DNA of 64,000 nucleotides from Takakia lepidozioides. Its lineage: Eukaryota > Plantae > Bryophyta. The position numbers were made by a program, and so were the translations under genes. This document shows positions 61,652 to 64,000 of the stretch, piece by piece. Position 1 is the stretch's first letter, and every line of letters begins with the position of its first letter. The notes under the pieces were generated by a model that was not told the DNA's origin, made no database searches, and saw only the letters and a program-made list of their open reading frames with translations. The DNA lies in assembly GCA_030704615.1 (NCBI GenBank), contig CM060731.1, positions 17,732,001 through 17,796,000 on the forward strand, written 5' to 3'.

Positions 61652-61759
61652 GAAGGGCAGCTGATGAGGCCCTTCCACCATTTAAGAATGCGTGAACAAG
61701 GGCGATAGCCCGAGTGCACGCTTTCGAAAATGGCGGAAGGGCAGAGTCAGCTGCCCTTC
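61652..61759. repeat. ~108-bp imperfect foldback palindrome
   Basis: GAAGGGCAGCTGA...CAAGGGC-GATA-GCCCGAG...TCAGCTGCCCTTC; the arms pair along ~52 bp. Confidence 0.75.
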
Positions 61760-62635
61760 ACAGGAGTAGAAAACCAACCTGCCCCTTCATGGCGCCCCCC
61801 CCCCAAATTCAACATCTTACGAATTTCATAAGGTCCTAGGAGTCTTCTGCCTGGCGTATGTGTCAGGATATGAAATTTCCGGTCTGAGAAGAGATTTTAA
61901 CATAGGGAATTTCTAGGTGGTTTTTTGCCTATTAAGGACATTCACAGTTCAGGTCATGCAGATAGTTCAACACAATACACTAACAAGATTGGAATAGTTG
62001 CAAGGATATTTCAGCCATAGCCTTGTGCAATTATGAAGAATCAGCCACAGTTCAAATCGACCCAGTAGCGATGTCTTTTGGGTGCTACACATGGTTAGCT
62101 TTCAACTTTTGGCAAGTCTGGTTTATCCCATGAATTTTGGTTTGAATGCTAGGAGCCAACTATATTTTGCCGGGATTTTTAACCTAATTTCAACTTCTTT
62201 CTGTTGTTCATGTCAATGGAAATCCGACCTTATCAAAACTGATACCATGAATTCTTTCCTCTGCAAATCAGGACTTGAACTTATTGTTGTTTGACAACAT
62301 AGGAGAGGAATTAAATATGTCAGTGACAACAACGGCGAGGATAAAGGTGAACTCAGTTTACTCCCACAAGCCTTACCAGATTTGCAAATCTCCACCAGTC
62401 AAAATGTGAAGTTGGTCAGCAGAGGGCTAATTCCTGCCAGTATGTCTCTTCCTGTGAGATGAAACCATAATGATCGATAAGGCAGCTCCTAATTGGCGGT
62501 GACTATTGCCGCCCCATGAGAACTACCCAATGTTCCAACTACTTTGCCCAGCCAGGGCAAGAGAGGGGAGGGAAGAGTCGCTACCAGGAATTTCTTGACA
62601 GAGCTAGCTGCTAGCCCATACTCCAGAGCATATAA

Positions 62636-62717
62636 TCAGGCAACTAAGCAAAGGTCAAGCCTGCATCATATCCATACCTCAGGCAACTAAGCAAAGGCCA
62701 AGCCTGCATCATATCCG
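62636..62717. repeat. ~43-bp tandem duplication
   Basis: TCAGGCAACTAAGCAAAGG(T/C)CAAGCCTGCATCATATCC occurs twice. Confidence 0.85.
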
Positions 62718-62864
62718 AACCCCAGCTAGCAGTGCACACATGCTTTGCTTTGCTGTCTTTGTGATGCTTGTGCTGATCACTTGTATCATACCGTCTGGAA
62801 GAGGCATCTTTCGAACTCTTGCCAGTTTGGGGGTTGGAACAAAGGCCAAGGTTTGCACATTGGG

Positions 62865-63325
62865 TTACCGTGCAATCTGATAGGCCTTCGTCTTTTGACA
62901 TTCCTCACAATCCCAATCCCCTTGTGGTACTGCGTCAAACCGCCTCTGCATACAATAGCTGCCCCACGCATGCAAGTGAGGGTATGGTAGATTTGGGCAG
63001 CTGTGTTTACACCCACTTACCCATGTCAATTGAAGGTGTTCAAGGGCCCATGCACAATCCACATTACAGATCATCATCCCAACCAAAAGTGTACTACCCA
63101 CCAAGAAATGTATCCCAAGCTTACATGTGTTCCGCACCCTCATTACATGTGCTGCAAACAGCAAGAACCTCCTCATAGCCAGAGTTCCCACAAATATCAC
63201 ACACTTTAACCTGCTAACCAGAACAAACCCAACAACCAATGACTGCTGTGTCAGGTGAGAATAAAGTCTTCCCCAGGTTCTCCAAAGAGGTGCTAACTAT
63301 GACAATGTTACACATACACTTCCTG
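62865..63325 (-). pseudogene. Degenerate PHD finger of AIPP2/PAIPP2 type
   Basis: An exon starts after a CAG acceptor at 62958 and reads YCMQRRFDAVPQGDWDCEECQ, matching the YCM....VP.GDW.CEEC half-PHD of plant AIPP2-like proteins; an in-frame TAA follows. The upstream half-finger near 63240-63322 contains stops. Confidence 0.5.
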
Positions 63326-64000
63326 TAAGAACATTCGTCAGATGAGAAAAGCATGACTCGTATGTGTACTTTGTGTTTGTGAGATGAACTGGCTAGAATG
63401 AACCTGCAGCCAAATTTCCTCAGAGATTCTCTCTGAGATTATTGTAAACTTGGCCTAAATTGCGGAAAACCACTTGTTTACATTGACTTTCAGTCAACAT
63501 ATCTAAGTATCTATGGCCACTTGCAGCCACTTCCTGGATGAGTGCAACGAAGCAGATAACAGGTGTAGAAAGGGGATTTGCCACCCACTGAATTGGTAAT
63601 TGGTACATCCCATATAATCTTTCTACACCTGCTGTCTCGTTATCATCTCAAGTGGAGATGGTACAAGGCAATCCACTCAGAATAGTTTGCAAATCCAGCA
63701 GTAGCTTTGGACGGTTGAGCATGGAATTGGCGCTGACAACTACAGATGTAGAATCCTTGATGCCTCTTCCAAGACAATAGCTTCACCACTTTGTATCCTC
63801 AGAGGACAACCTAGCAAAGACGGAGTTCGGCATAAGGTCCTCAGAGAGGGAAATAGAGAACACTCTGATTACTCAGGAAGCTGGGCTTGCTAGGGCAGTT
63901 GGGCCCAAAGGCCTCACCTCCGATGGGGCATCCATGACCTGTTGAGCTCTTCTAAGGACAACAGGTTCTGCTGGTTGAAGAGAGGACTTGATATGGTTCT

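Overview
Nuclear DNA of a land plant: GT-AG introns, PLS-type PPR remnants and plant U2 snRNA genes. The repeat content looks bryophyte-like, but I cannot confirm the taxon. Intact protein genes are an intronless TM9SF/TMN Golgi protein (11712-13694 +), an intronless GONST3/GGLT1-like GDP-sugar transporter (42507-43652 +), a 6-exon ABC1K10/ADCK2-like UbiB kinase (47358-51005 -) and an 8-exon COQ5 methyltransferase (52567-55680 -). The main discovery is a predicted ~6,625-aa protein (17305-38985 +). A spliced N-terminal DCD domain joins in frame to one uninterrupted 19,027-nt exon built from ~34 diverged acidic repeat units that carry recurring SUMO-, kinase- and NLS-like motifs. Two U2 snRNA genes sit in a ~1.3-kb inverted duplication that brackets the two coenzyme-Q genes. 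The second copy interrupts a PPR pseudogene that also carries three MITE insertions, each of which restores the PPR frame when removed. The rest is small transposons (hAT, Tc1/mariner-pogo, Harbinger, Helitron, a CT-tailed retroposon), short tandem repeats and gene fragments (PPR-E/E+, PP2A catalytic N-terminus, AIPP2-like PHD). All gene models were assembled by eye from splice sites and frame arithmetic; no database search was run.
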